In this document: one piece after another, positions 26,691 to 40,604 of the stretch
Layout of the letters: each line of letters opens with the position of its first letter
How positions within the stretch are numbered: position 1 is the stretch's first letter
Assembly: GCF_009834535.1 (NCBI RefSeq)
Contig: NC_045697.1
Span: 36,644,001-36,708,000 of the forward strand
From: Camelus ferus
Taxonomy: Eukaryota
Reading direction: 5' to 3'
DNA: 64,000 nt
Notes under the pieces: generated by a model
The model's input: the letters and a program-made list of their open reading frames with translations, nothing else
Database searches by the model: none
What the model was told of the DNA's origin: nothing
Made by a program: the position numbers and the translations under genes

Positions 26691-28719
26691 GCAGTCTTAT
26701 TTGTGGATTGAATGGTTGAAGACAGTCTGCATACCCATCACTGGGACAGTGGATGACTAAATGTTCAGGTTGTGCATCACAAGATCTATAACACAATACC
26801 GTATGCAAAAATAAAACGCATATGCACAAGAGCACATGATTCATTTTGCAAACGTTCATACACACAAAAACACATATTAAACACGTTAGAATGGATGGTG
26901 ATGTGGAAGGGAGATAAAAGGTAAGAAGTAAGGAAGAAAGAAAAGTGAAAGGAAAAGAATGGAAAGGACTTCCCAGGGACAAATTATAATAATGCATCAT
27001 GGAATGAGGAATGTGAATTAACTGAACACTAGGCATGCGCTAACTCAAATTGCTCTTCCCTCCACGAATCAGAACAGAGAGGGTTTCCTGCGATTTCACT
27101 CATTTGGGGAACGCGCAGTTCAGGTTGGGTAAATGATACAGGAGTTGAGAGAAGACCTTAGACAGGGATGCTCTGTGCCTTGTTCAGTGGTGTGATGTCC
27201 CTTGTCTGTAAGGGACTGACAGCACAGCCAGGACGCAGCTGAGTCAGCAGCTCTGCAGTTGGCTTCCTCCCATCCTTTATAGCTTGCCCTGACACTGACA
27301 GGTTTCTGCCCCTAGCATTAACTGTTTTTCTCCCTCATATCTCCTACCAAAATGAAAACCAAAACGAAAACCAAAAAACAAAACAAAACAAAACAAAACA
27401 TTTTCAATCCAAGAACAAAGGTCTCATTTAACTTTCTTTTTCCTGCTTACAATGATGGGGTTTTGGAGAGTTTATAAAGTTACCTACCTACACCAAACAA
27501 TGCACAATTGAATAAAACAAATCCCAAAGGAAAGAACTCAGTCCTAAGAGGCTAATGGAAAGGGCTAATGGAAAGGCCTCAGTCCCATGTGGTTCATATA
27601 ATCTGGAATTTTTCTGGAAGTGAGCCTCACTTTTCTCTAAATGGAGACACAGAAGACTTTATTAAGAAACTCTCCTATTCTGACCTGCATGGGACAAGTA
27701 TTCTGTTTCTAATAACACTGAGCAAGTTCTCACCATGTCCAACTTTTTTGGGTATTAGTATTTTGCATTATTTTTTATATCCGAAAGTCAAAAAGAAATC
27801 ATCTACCACTTTCTATAAAGACATACCCTGAGGACAGGTGCTTAGAGAAATGAAGTAAATCTGTGCTATTTAGGAAATGACAGCACAGTCTGGGGCTGGG
27901 TCTGAATCACCTGTGTGGGAGCATCATTCACAGCAGACCCACTGGGAGATGGGTCTGTGCTCTGAGAAATAAATGACCAGAAAGGTCCCAGGTGAGCTCT
28001 GAGGGTAGACTGGAAAACAGGTTAGGATTGAATCGAAGGACTTTGCCAGTGAAGCTGGCAACAGGAAATGCAACTCATTCGCACGCAGAGAACAGATTTG
28101 AAAGGTCTCCAGGATTTCTTCTCCCCCGCATGGTGCTTACAAAGCAAGTCTTCCAGAGGTTTTCAGGATAAATGTGCCAGAAACATATGGATTATATTTT
28201 CTCAGCGACTCAGATGTCTTTCACAATGAAGTGGAAAACTACTCTGAAAATACACACCAGAGGTTACCCTCCGTCTGCAAACATTCCAAATGTATTTTAA
28301 GCTATTTTGCTGATTTTAAAAACTAAGGAAATTTATAGAGATGACTACGTTCTGAGTGTTAATAATAAACAATAATAAATGGTAGGTTTTCAACCATCTT
28401 AGGTGAGTGTTCCTGGATGGAGCATGGCTGGCTAAGGCCAGAGCCCTGCGGCCTGGAGAATTTCTAAAAAATGCAGATTATTGTTTCTCCCTTTTCCTGC
28501 TCTCCTGACCCCTCTTCTCCTCCTTAATTCTTCAGTAAGGATGTAAAGTGTGCAATTTACAACAGAGGGATGATGCTGGAAGAGAGAGCAGGTCATTCAT
28601 TTGTTTGAAACTGTTTCTTCATGAATCCGTTTATCCATCCGACAAGTGTTTATTGAACAGTTACTACTGTACCAGGCACTTTTCTAAGTGCTGGTCATTT
28701 CCCCTTCTCTGATGTGGGC

Positions 28720-29178
28720 TATATTCAATTCCTAGGGCCGCTGTAACAGAGTGCCACAGACCAGGAGACTTAAATGACTGAAATGTATAGTCTCACAGTT
28801 CAGAGGCTAAGAGACTGGGATCACGGTGTTGGCAAGGTTGGGGGCCTTCCGGGGGCTGTGAAAGAATCTGTGGCACGCCTCTCACCTGGCTTCTGGTGGT
28901 CTGCTGGTGATCGCTGGTGTTCTTTGGCTTATAAATATTACCCTGATCTCTGCCTTCATCTTTACATGACATTCTCCCTGCAAGCATGTGTATCTCCAAA
29001 TTCCCCTTTTTAATATAGGGGAAATTTGTATTGGATTAGAGTCCACTGTGAAGACTTCATTTTAACATGGTTACCTCTGTAAAGACCCCAACTCCTACTC
29101 AGATCACATTCTGAGTGAGGTACTGGGGGTTTGGACTGCAACATGGAGTTGGGAGGGGCACAATTTAACCCTTAACAT
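28720..29178 (-). mobile_element. MLT1C/D-like solo LTR
   Basis: ttcctagggccgctgtaacagagtgccaca ... cacattctgag...gtactgggggt ... ggggcacaatttaacccttaaca. Confidence 0.85.
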
Positions 29179-29577
29179 GGACTAAACAATATCAGACTGA
29201 CTGCCTGTTTCCCTTTTATCCATCCACCCCTTTTAGCTACTGAGGTGGAGCTCCTTGGCACAGCCTGCTCTCCCAAACTTACGATCCAAGAATCCCCAGC
29301 TAAGTTCCAGGAAGGAGAAAATCTATCTGGGAGGCACATTTGGACCTAGTGATCCCTTGAGTAGCTTCCTCAAAAGACTATGTTAAAGAACCTACTTCCC
29401 AATTTGATTCAGAAAACTAACAGGTTGCCTGGAGTCCCCATTCCTTTTCGAAGACAGGAGACAGACGCACACAGCTGGGCAGCAGTATTGCCTCAACGTC
29501 CTGGACCAGCAACAGTTATCTTGCATTAGGTAAAATATGATTTGAATATAATACTCTTTTTCTCTAATCAACAAATT

Positions 29578-29740
29578 GGAGGGAGGAGGGTAGAGCTCAG
29601 TGGTAGAGTGTGTGCTTAGCATGTACGAGGTCCTGCGTTCAATCCCCAGTACCTCCATTAAGTAAATTTTAAAAAAATAAAATAAGTAAATAAACCTAAT
29701 TACCACCCCCCCGAAAAAAACCCCTAACAACAACAAAAAA
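29578..29740 (+). mobile_element. Vic-1-like tRNA-derived SINE
   Basis: tRNA-Ala-like head, then the taaataaacctaattacc..cccc tail and an A-rich end. Confidence 0.92.
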
Positions 29741-30924
29741 GCCAAATCATTATAATTCAGTTTGAAGAGGAAGGAAAGGTGAATTTAACAAGATTAAGAT
29801 GTCACCTAAGGGAAAGAAAACTATTCTAAAATATTATTTTCAGGTTTCTTCAGCTGATATTAAACATTTTATATTATGCTCATAGAATCAGGGAATTTTA
29901 GAGCTAAAAATGTCTATAGAAACCAACTCATTGCACCTCTACATTTAACTAAGGAATCTATGTTTAATGAAAGAGAGAGGTTAATTCAAGGTAACAGCCA
30001 AGCTAATGTGCCCAGCATGTGCCAAGCCCGCTCCACAGACATCTGGTTTCTCCACTCGGCTTGTACGTGGTAGAGCTGAGATGGAAGATGGGGGACCGGA
30101 CTCCAGAGCCGGATTCACAACCACCACCCAATGGTCGCTTAGCGTTTCCTTGGGGGCACCTCTAAATCCTTCCATCAAACTGGGCTACAAGCTCTTCTCT
30201 AAAAGAGGCCTGTCTCCTCTACCCTTGGCCCTGCCCTGCCCTGCCCTGCCCTGCCCTTGCTGTCTCCTGTGCCTGGACTGGCCTCCCCCGCTTTGCTTTA
30301 GAATAGTCTCAATCCTCCCTCTAAGTAATTTTTCTTGTTCTTCTAACAGGTGTGACTTTCTGGCTCTGGGGCTGCTGATTGTCAATATCCATTCCCTCTT
30401 CTTTTAGAGAGTGAGGCTCTGAGTTTTAACCAGGCACATGGCTTCCCGGAAGGAAGGCATTTCCTAGCATTGTTCATGACTCGGTGCGGCCGTGTGATTA
30501 GTTTTGGCCAAAGGTCTGTGAGCAGAAGCCAAGCGTGCAGCGCTGGTCACGCTGGAGAGGCTGCAGGGGCTCCCTTCTTCTCTCTCTTTCTACTTATGAA
30601 GTTTAGACCCAGTGGATGTGATGGGGCAGGATATGATCTTCCACCATGCAGGTAAAGGCAATGCCACAAGTGATGGAGAGCCAAGGGTCAGAAGGAGCCT
30701 GGTCCCCAACACAATGGAGCTGGCATATCAGTCCAGGGCTGCCTATGCTCAGACCATTATGTGAGAGAGAGGAGTACTGCCACTTTGTTTAAACCACTCT
30801 TTGGTTTTGGTAATTCTTGGCTCTCTTTGTTAGGGCAGCCCACTTGTCCCTATGAATGCATTCTTGCTTCTTCCACCTGCAGCCCTTGGTGTTTCTCCTA
30901 GGACATTTCCTCGGCTGACCACAT

Positions 30925-31075
30925 AGCAGAGAAAACATGGGATTTTAAGTTGGATAGCCCCAGCTTTGAATTCCAGCTCCACCACTTATCAGCTGGGTGA
31001 CTCTGGGCTAGTGACTTGGCCTCTCTGAGCTTCAGTCTCCTTACTTGTAAACACTGGAGACAATGATTCATGGAG
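30925..31075 (+). mobile_element. MIR SINE
   Basis: ttccagctccaccacttatcagctgggtgactctgggc...ctctctgagcttcagtctcc. Confidence 0.75.
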
Positions 31076-32483
31076 TAACTTTCCACTGTTCTGAGCTGCG
31101 TCTCCATGGTGATTTTCATCAGGCTGTGGGGACCCTGTGAGTCACTCTTCACTATAGGAAGATACCAGCCACAGAAACCAAAATGTTCACATCTGCTTCT
31201 CAGGCACCCTCTCCCACGAAGTGACCTGGAAATACTGACATGTTCTCCAGCTCCGCCTTGGCTACCATCTGGGCAGAGCATCACCCCTCTGTTTGTAGAT
31301 GTAAGGCTGATTCACCCTTCCTCTATCCAGCTCTCTGCATAAAGAGAGGATTATAATTCCAGGTTCACAGCTCATTGTTCATATACCCACTGATGTTTAG
31401 AGTTACAAGGCACTTGAGAGTCACATGGTCGACTCTTTTCCATCAAACCAACGGGATCCTGCAAGGACCACACTCCTCCACAGCCGGCCTCACCAATGGT
31501 CACCTTGCCTCTGCCGAATGGGCTCCACCTTGTCATATGCCAGCTTGGTCTGTTTCTCAACAGCACACTCATAATAAAGTTATTTGTGACATTTTTTATC
31601 CTGTCCCATTTCTGGAAGGCTCATCACTTAGGAAGTTTAATTACCCACACAGAATGGAATCATTCAAAAGCTGTGCCCCATAGAAAGCTAATCTAATTCC
31701 TTACACACATCCTCAACAGTGTCAGTTTAGGGGGAATGTAACTGTGATCTTTCTTCCTCTACTATCTCCCATATGGCTAGTGTTTTCCAAATGTTTTTGA
31801 TCAAGAATCTCTTGGTAAATAATTTTTGAGCATGCATCTCCCAACATATACATATCTGTTATGTGATAATACATGTACTGCTGTGTCATATATTATAAAT
31901 ATTATATAAATATATACAGACTATAAAATTAATAAGACAGATATAAAGGTAGATATCAAAGAAGGTAAGAAATAATATAAGTGGAAGTTCAAATATTTTC
32001 CAGCCACATACAAAAAGACCATCTTGCACATCCCTGGGCTGCACGTCTTTCTCTTTGGAAATCTTTGAACTACACAGCATGATTTTTCTTCCCAGCACAT
32101 GAGCTCCATATGAAGGCAGATTCTGTCTTTTGTTTGCTGCTATCTCCCCAGGTGTAGAACAGTGTCTGGCACACAGGACCCACTCAGTAAATGTTTGTTG
32201 AATCGGTGAGGGATTTCCAAACTGTTATTTACAGCACAGGCTCCTCACTTCCAACTGTTTCCCAGACAGCCTTACCTGCATCTCCTTAGATGCTTTAAAC
32301 CCAAAACACGCCAAGTTGAGCTCTTCGTCTTCCTATTATATCACATCTCCCTCCACCAAAGTGTCACCTCCCCTCTTTTTTTTTTTTGATCTTTCTACTT
32401 CACACCTGCCCCCATGTGGCTAAACTGACTGGTGTTAAACGTGACCAGCCTGACTGACCTCACTTTAACATAAGATGATATTA

Positions 32484-32650
32484 TTTGGGCACAAGAAAGA
32501 AGGAGATCCTGCCATTCGCAAGAACCTGGATGGACCTTGAGGACATTATGCTAAATGAAATAAGTCAGACAAAGAAGGACAAAGACTATACAATCTCACT
32601 TATATGTAAAATCTAAAATAAGCCAGACTCAGAGAAACAGAGAGTAGAGC
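32484..32650 (+). mobile_element. L1 fragment (ORF2 end and start of 3' UTR)
   Basis: tggatggaccttgaggacattatgctaaatgaaataagtcagac. Confidence 0.85.
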
Positions 32651-32984
32651 TCCAGAGAGCCAGGTGTGGCAAGAACACTGAAACTTGTATCTCCTGGCTC
32701 CTAATTGTGTCTTCTCTGCAATGTGCGGGAGGTGATCAGAAATGGAAAAAGAATAGGAAGATACACAGACCTATGTGAATATGGAATAACAACGCTTCCT
32801 TTTTTTTTTTTTAAAGGAAACTAGAATGTGTCCATTTTAAGCTGCCATTCCTCGTAGCAGTCGTGCTGCTTTATCCACTTAATTTATGGTCCATGCTGAC
32901 AATAAAAGTTTTGGGAAGTAATTTGTAACTGCCCAGTTTGCAAGTCACGTTGTGAAATCTTTCATTTAAAAAAATAAGGGAGAG

Positions 32985-33472
32985 AGAGTGAGAGAATGTA
33001 GAACGGTGGTTGACAGTGGCTTGGGGGGTGGGGAACATGGGGATTTGTCAGTCAAAGGGTACAAACTTCCAGTTATAAGATGAACACGATCTGGCAATCT
33101 GATGTACAGCATGGTGATTATAGTTAAAAATTCTGTATTATATACTTGGAAGTTGCTAAGAGAGCTGCTTTTAAATCTCTTACCACAAAAACAAAATGGT
33201 AATATGTGACATGATGGAGGTGTTAACTAAGGCTATCATAGTAATCACTTCACAATATATATCAAATCACCACGTTGTACACCTTCAATTTACAAAATGT
33301 TATATGTCAGTCAAATGTCAATAAAGCTAGAAAAATAATGGAAAAGAATCTGAAAAGAAAATACATATACGTATGCATATGTATAACTGAATCACTTTGC
33401 TGTGCACCTGAAACTAACATTGTAAATCAACTACACTTCAATAGAAAAAAAAATTTTTAAAGCTAGAAAAAA
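32985..33472 (+). mobile_element. L1MA-like 3' UTR with a younger L1 tail (33336-33457) inserted at its polyA signal
   Basis: aagggtacaaacttccagttataagatgaa...caataaagctagaaaaa. Perfect 14-bp TSD taaagctagaaaaa at 33322-33335 and 33458-33471. Confidence 0.88.
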
Positions 33473-33539
33473 ATTAGGGGCCATATATCCTAGGTGAGCA
33501 CTCACAATTGCCAGGCAATCCTAATACATTTGCTGTCCC

Positions 33540-35725
33540 CTTGCTTTTGTGACATTGTGACTCCTCCTCATACTTTCTCCCCCTGGCTTCTCAATTCCAG
33601 CATCTCTTCTGCTTCCTCCCTCACAGCTGAGTATTTTCCTGAGAAAATAAAACCAACTGGAGCGGTCTCCTCCTGGTAGGATCAAGCACCTGTGCCTCTA
33701 GGTCCTGCTGTCCCTTCTCTTAAAACAGATGAGATCGTACCTGTTCCCAAGACCGACCCCTCCACCTGTGCACTGCATCCCGTCCTCCTGCTGAGTCAGG
33801 GGTTTGACCCCCACAATCCACTCCTCTTTCTCCTGTACCACTCGTTTCCTCTTCTCTGCTGGATAGTTCCCATCTGTACATATATACACCGTGAAAACAA
33901 ACCAAGGTAAAGCCGGCCTGACCGCTTGTCCTCATCCAGCTCTCACTCCATCTCTCTGTACTCTTTTAAAGCAAAGAATTTTAAAAGAGTCATAGATAGG
34001 GCTTCTCTTCACTTTCTCACCTCCCAGTCTCCTTGTGTTTTGTCACCACCACTTTACCAAAACCACTCTCGTCAAGATTGCCAGTCATCTCCATCTCCAT
34101 CTTGCCACGTCCGGTGATCAATTCTCAGGGCTCATTTTACCAGCCCTCTCAGCAGCTTCTGGCATAGAAACTCACTCCTTCCATCTGGAACCAATTTCTT
34201 CACTTGGCACTTCGGGACACCACCCTCTCAAATTTCTTTCACCGGCATCTCCTTCTCAGTCTCCTTTACTGGCTGCTCCTTCTTCTCCATTCAACTACCA
34301 TTATCTTGAGTGAAAATCAGTCCTGAATCACTTTCTCTTCCCTGTGTGTAGTCAGCTCCCTGGTGATCTCATTCAATTTCATGACATCAAGCACCTTCAA
34401 ATTTTTGTCTCCACTCAGACCTTCTCTATGAGCTCCAGACCTGTGCATCTAGCTGTCTTCCCATATTCCCTCTTGGATATTTCATAGACTTTCCAAGTGA
34501 AATATGCCTGAAACAAAACCTTTGATCCCCCTTCCATTTTCTTTCTTTTTTTAAATTTTATTTTATTGAGTTATAGTCAGTTCACAATGTTGTCAATTTC
34601 CAGTGTAGAGCACAATTTTTCAGTTATACATGAACATACATATATTCATTGTCACATTTTTTTTCACTGTGAGCCACCACAAGATCTTGTATATATTTCC
34701 CTGTGCTATACAGTATAATCCTGTTTATCTATTCTATATATACCTGTCAGTATCTACAAATTTTGAAATCCCAGTCTGTCCCTTCCGTCTCCCCTCCCCA
34801 CTGGCAACCACAAGTTTGCATTTTATGTCTAAGTCTGTTTCTGTTTTATATTTTTGTTCATTTGTCTTTTTCTCATTTTCTTAAAATCTATTTGTCCCCA
34901 ACACTTCTCAACCTCAGAGCAGCAACCTTCACCCATTTTCTTGGGTGAAGCACATGGGAGTGATTCTTTATTCTATTTCCTCCCATAATCAATCCATCAG
35001 AAAGTCCTGAGTTTCCCACCCTTATGAAAACAAAAAGGCTAGCCACTTCGCAACACTCCCTCTGCTACAGCCAGCCTCAGCCACTGTTTGCTTTGCCCTG
35101 GACTACTGCTTTCATTCTTGCCTCTCTGAAGTTCACTCTATACTCCACAACCAGAGTGTTTTAAAAACCACCACCACCACCACCACAAAAACGTCTAAGT
35201 CAAATTGTGTCTCTCCTTTGCTCAAACCCGCCCAATGGCTTCCCATCACACTTTGAAGGAAATCCACACTCAACCGTCATGGTGGAAGAAGCTGTAAGGA
35301 TCCAGCCCCCTGCCTACTCTCCTTTATCTCGCTACTTTACTTACTGAGCTTCAGCCACACTGACCTTCTCACTGTTTGTCAGCCACCCCCAACTTGTTTC
35401 AGTCACAGGTTCTTCATGCTCCCTATTCCTTCTGCCTGGAGAGCCTTCGCTCCAGATCTTCCCGTGGATTTCCTGTGCTCTAAAACCACCTCCTCAGAGA
35501 ACCACTCCCTGACTCCTGCATGAAATAAACATTGCGCTCCATCTTTTTACCACGCTTTATTTTCTGTCATAAGGCTTATCACAGTCTGAAGTTCTACTAT
35601 CTCTTTATTTATTTATAGCCTCTTCCACTTGGCTTTTTCTATTTTGTCCAAAGCCATATTCCCAGTGCCTAGATTAGTGCCTGGTACATAGTAGGTTCTC
35701 AATAAATATTTGTTGGATGAATGTA
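33540..35725 (+). mobile_element. Long L2 remnant including its 3' end
   Basis: RT-region-like text near 34360-34510 and the terminus gtgcctggtacatagtaggttctcaataaatatttgttggatgaatg. Confidence 0.8.
34544..34873 (-). mobile_element. L1 3' UTR tail related to the young family
   Basis: Similar to the reverse complement of 48120-48430. Likely TSD cattttctt (34535-34543 / 34874-34882). Confidence 0.9.
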
Positions 35726-35780
35726 TCTATTTATCTCAATTACCCCAAAGACACTTGAGGTGAATCATTCTAATCTTTTT

Positions 35781-35929
35781 TTTTTTAATTAAAATTTTTT
35801 TTGGCTGAGGAGGTAATTAGGTTTGTTTATTTATTTACTTATTTATTTTAATGGAGGTACTGGGGATTGAACCCAGAACCTCATGCATGCTAAGCACACA
35901 CTCTACCACTGAGCTATACCCTCCCCTCT
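35781..35929 (-). mobile_element. Vic-1-like SINE
   Basis: Reverse tRNA-like head and a perfect 16-bp TSD tcattctaatcttttt (35765-35780 / 35930-35945). Confidence 0.95.
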
Positions 35930-36162
35930 TCATTCTAATCTTTTTCTTCTCAAGCGGGTCCTCTTCTCACCCCCACCATGGATTATCAAGTCCTTTAGCA
36001 TCTGCTACCCCAATGTCTCTTAAATTCCTCCTCTCTGTCACATTCACAGTCACTCTGCAGGTCTTTGTCACCTTTCAACAGTTCTACTGAAGCAACCTCT
36101 GAAATTAGTCTTCCCAGCAACCCCCAGTTCTTTCCCCACAGGGCTTCCAGAGAGGACTTCTT

Positions 36163-36363
36163 TTTTTTTAAACATTCATTTTTTTAAATTTTATTACTTT
36201 TTTTTTGGTTTGTGATTTTTGGGGGGTTTTGGGGATGGAGTTATGTGGTTTATTTATTTACTTATTTATTTTAATAAATTAATTTTATTTATTTTACTGA
36301 AGATTGAACCCAGGACCTCATGCATGCTAAGTACACACTCTACCACTGAGCTGTACCCTCCCA
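36163..36363 (-). mobile_element. Vic-1-like SINE
   Basis: Reverse tRNA-like head and TSD cagagaggacttctt (36148-36162) / cagagaggtcttctt (36364-36378). Confidence 0.93.
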
Positions 36364-36787
36364 CAGAGAGGTCTTCTTAAAGAATAAATCCAATCAAGTC
36401 TCTCTTTTGCTTAGGAGCCTTGAATAGCTCCCCATCACCTGAAGAAGGAAGTCAAACCTCCTTAGCTGGACACAAGCTGGAGTTAGTCCACATTTCCAAC
36501 CTCATTTCATGCCACTGTCCTTTCCACAAGCATCCTATGCTCCTGTTGTCCCCAAACTACTTGTAGTTCCCAAATAGGCACGTTCTTCCACTTCACTGTT
36601 CCCTCTACTTGCGTACCTTTCTTTTTTTCTTCACCTGGCTACTTGCTGCTTATCTTTTGAGATTAAATGCAAAGACACTTCTTTGAGTCAGCCTTCCCCA
36701 GTTCTGTAAGCAGATAGGTTTTTTTCCTCTGTGCTCACAGAAAACCATACCTGTGTAGCATTTTAGGTTTGTTTTACATGAATGTCT

Positions 36788-37450
36788 CATTCGGTCATTT
36801 ATTTATTCAAAAATCAATTTTCATCGAGCAACTGCTATATGCTAAGCACTCTTTTTAGGCACTAGGGATACATACACCTGGGTATAAAATATATAAAATA
36901 TTTGCTCCCAAGAAGCAAAGGGGAGACAGACAATGAAAGTAAATCAGTAAAATACACCAAAAAATATATACAGTATGGTTAGATGATGGTCAGTGCAATG
37001 TAATAAAATAATCCCAGAAGGAGGCATTCAGAGGCTCAGAATGGGGGCTGCAGTGTTGAATAGGGCAGTCACGGAAGGCATCACTGAAACAACATTTGAG
37101 CAAAGGCCTGGAAAGGTGAGGAGTGGGCCACGTGGACCTCTGGTGGACCAGCATCCTCGGCCTATGGAATGGCATGTGGAGAGCCGTGAATGTGGCGATG
37201 GGCTTGGCCTGCTTTAGAGAAAGCAAGACCAGAATTCCTGGTGCACCGTCTGCCAGGGGAACAGAAGCAGGAGACAGACTGGAGAGCAGGAACGGAGTGC
37301 TCAGCAGGGGCAGGCATGATCTGACCCGTGTTCGAACAGGAGTCCTCTGTCTAATGTATGGAGAACGGAAGACGAGGGTGGACACAGGGAGACCAGTTAG
37401 GAGGTCTCTGCAACCATCCAGACAAAAGGCTACGGTGACTTGGCCCAGGC
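36788..37450 (-). mobile_element. L2 fragment
   Basis: Reverse L2 3' end (cattcggtcatttatttattcaa...gctaagcactc...ggcactagggataca) followed by purine-rich body. Confidence 0.7.
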
Positions 37451-39949
37451 TGGTGGTCCCCAGTACACTGGGAGTGACTTGAGAGCTGTGATGAAATCAC
37501 TTCTATGTTTGTCTCCCCAGCTGCTAGAGCATGCCCCACACATAACACGGCAGGCACTCTAGGGCACTGGACAAACCAATGGACCCAGTTGTCCAATCAA
37601 GAAACCAGAGTCCTGGGAGCCAGCACTGTTTGTTTTCCTAGGGCCAGATTTTGCAGGATTTTGTTTCCAGTGGGCAGGCTTTGTTTTCTGTTTTTCTTAA
37701 CTGAATGGCCTGTAGGCCACTTTCTGAGGACAGCGTGGGTGTTTGCATGGGGCCAATGTGATCGAAATCTGATTGTGAAATCATTTTTTAAATTACCTTT
37801 GGACATTTGAAATATGGTTTTTTAAAAAAAAGTAAAAACCACACATTTCTCCAAGGCAGGCTGCCTTAGGCAATCAAGCCCCCTTCAAGACCCCAGGTGC
37901 ATCTTAGGATACAGTCAAAACTTGTTTGGAATTTCAGTCAGGACTGTGACCGTCAAAACCCATCTTTCTGGTTCCAATTTAAAGATCAAAAGAGAAAAAG
38001 CATTTTTAAGAAGATTCCAAAACAACATTTGGATAAGATAATTGAGAAGGATTCATGAACATGTGAATTAATTTTTTTAAGAAAGGGAGATACTGGGGGA
38101 CTGGGTAGTAAGTCGTTCCTTAAACTCGCTGTCGAAGTGGGGCTTCGGTGAAATAATGGACCTAAAATACCCTGCAGCAGGTTGACCACAGGGTGGCATT
38201 CAAGAAATGTCTGTCCCACCCTGCCATCTCCCTTAACAACTGCCCCGTTGTTCTCACAGCCCCGAATGTTCCCAAGTCCACCCAGCCTCTCACGAATGAC
38301 AGGGTCACTTTTAAGATCTGATAACAAGCCGTCGTGTGACTTCTGGGGGGTCCTTCCTCATGATCATAATAAAATTAAGAACTATTTTTGATGTGACTTT
38401 AAGTACTGCAACATTTTTGTCCTTTTTCATTTCAGGCAAAACATAAACAATTTTTAGAAATCCTAAAATTTTCCTTTTTCCTTCTGCTGTGAGACAAAAT
38501 CCAAATTTTTTTTAACCTTGAAACTTAATTTTTTTCTTGTGATTTTAAAAGAAATGAAGACATTTTTGTGGGCCCTTAGAAGCATCTTGGGATCCAGGTG
38601 CTGTGTCTAAAGGGGTGGGTGGCCGAGAGAGAGAGAGAAACAGACAGAGACAGAGACAAAGACAGAGAGCCAGAGAGAAGTTGAAGCTGCTTGAGGAAGG
38701 AATTTCAAGTCCATGGAAGTTGCACTCGTCCCCCAAATGGGTTTTCCTTGCTCCCTGACCCCTCAGTCCCCTCTAGAGGGCTGCCAGGGGGAGGGACAGT
38801 ATGAGATTTGCCCCTTGAAACTAAAGGAAAATAAAGAGGCAGCCTGTGACGGGGATAAGTGTTAGCTAATGTGAACCAGAGCGGAGGCTCTGTCTAAGAA
38901 GGACATGAACTCTCGGGGCTCGCCTGCCCAGGCCTGGTGTAAGTCCTGCCCCCCCGGGCATCTGTAATGAACACAGTAGCCCCTCCAGACAGCCAGGGAA
39001 ACCACCCACCCCCAGCCCAACCTCAAGGGCCTCAGGTCACAGCTCCTGAAGGCCCACAGCAATGATTGGCAAACAAGACCAAAAGGCTGAACCTGCTTTT
39101 GGGGACAGGTGATTCCTGGACCACAGGGGAGTGTTGAAAAGAGATGAACTGACTGCCGAGGGGGACCCTCTCGCTGCTTTCCTAGGGAACTGGGATTCTC
39201 CCAGCATCTCCAGGGTAAGTCATGAATTAGTGCTTCCATGGGAGACAGAATGGACGGAAGCTTCTGAGACTGAGCTAACTGAACACAGTAACTTCTTCAA
39301 CCCTCCCAAAGGGCTCTGGAGGTCTCTTCTCACCCTGGTCACTCGCTAACATTCTTCTCAACTAGGCTTTTCTCCCCATGTCTGGAGATAGAACAGTGAG
39401 GAAATAATGAAAGTAGGTTTTTCTACTAATAACTCATCTTGTCTTTTAATCTCAGTTCCTTTGTTTTATTATCAGTTTATTAACAGCAGGAGTAACATTC
39501 ATTTGTGTAACAAACGTTCACTGAGGACCTACTATGTACCAGGCACTGTTCTAGGCACTTGAAGTATAGTAGTGAACAAATAAAAACACCTACTCTTGTA
39601 GAGCTGATATTCCAGAGGGGACAAAAGACCAAGAAACAATAACATAACACCATAGTTTATCATCTGTAAGACGACAATGATATTAAGCTGTACCATGGCT
39701 CTATGTGCCACAAAACAAAGATAGAAAGAAATGCTAACAACTGCTGTCAATTATTTTAAAAATCTTGATTTCATGTATGTTAAATTGTGGGAAAACTTGT
39801 GCAACTCAGAACTGACTACATACAGCAAATAAATTATATACTGTATCAGGTAATTATGAGAAACAAAAGCGGAGGAGGCAAAGGTTTGGGAGGGGGAGTG
39901 GTGACATTGAACAGACATCAAGGAGACAGGGTTGTTAAATTTTTTATAA

Positions 39950-40490
39950 GACTTCATTTTTTATAGAACTTTTAGGTTTATGGTACAATTGAGGGAATGG
40001 TACGGAGATTTCCCATACGCCCTCTGCCCCCTGCATACACGCAGCCTCCTCACACGCAGCCTCCCCATTATTAACATCACTCACCAGAGTGGTACATTGG
40101 TCCCCGTATGAACCTGCATTGATACATCAGAATCACCCGAAGTCCATCATTTACCTTAGAGTTCATTCTTGGTGTTGTACATTCTATAGGTTTCAACCAA
40201 TATATAATGACATGAATCCATCATTATAATATCATACAGAGTAGTTTCACTGCTCTAAAAATCCTCTGGGGTCCACCTATTCATCCCTCCCTACCCCACC
40301 CCTGGCAACCACTCATCTTTTTTACTGTCTCCGTAGTGTTGCCTTTTCCAGAGTCTCATATGGTTGGAATCATAGAGGATGTAGCCTTTTCAGATTGGCT
40401 TCTTTCAGTTAGAAATATGCATGTAAGGTTGCTTCATGTCTTTTCATGGTTTGATAGCTCATCACTTTTTAGCACTGAATAATATTCCAT
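39950..40490 (-). mobile_element. Old L1 (L1MB/MC-like) 3' region
   Basis: gttcattcttggtgttgtacattctatagg ... ggcaaccactcatcttttttactgtctcc ... cagattggcttctttca. Confidence 0.85.
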
Positions 40491-40604
40491 CGACTATTTT
40501 TTTAAACAGCTTTACTGAGATATAACTTACATACCATAAAATTCAGTGCATTTTAGTGAATTTACAATTATGTTAACATTACCATAATCCAGATTTAGAA
40601 TGTT

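Noticed and set aside
32484..33330. A single L1 split by a 340-bp unique insert
   Set aside because: The downstream piece appears to have its own flanking repeat (aaaaaataaggg / aaaaaattaggg), which favours two independent fragments.
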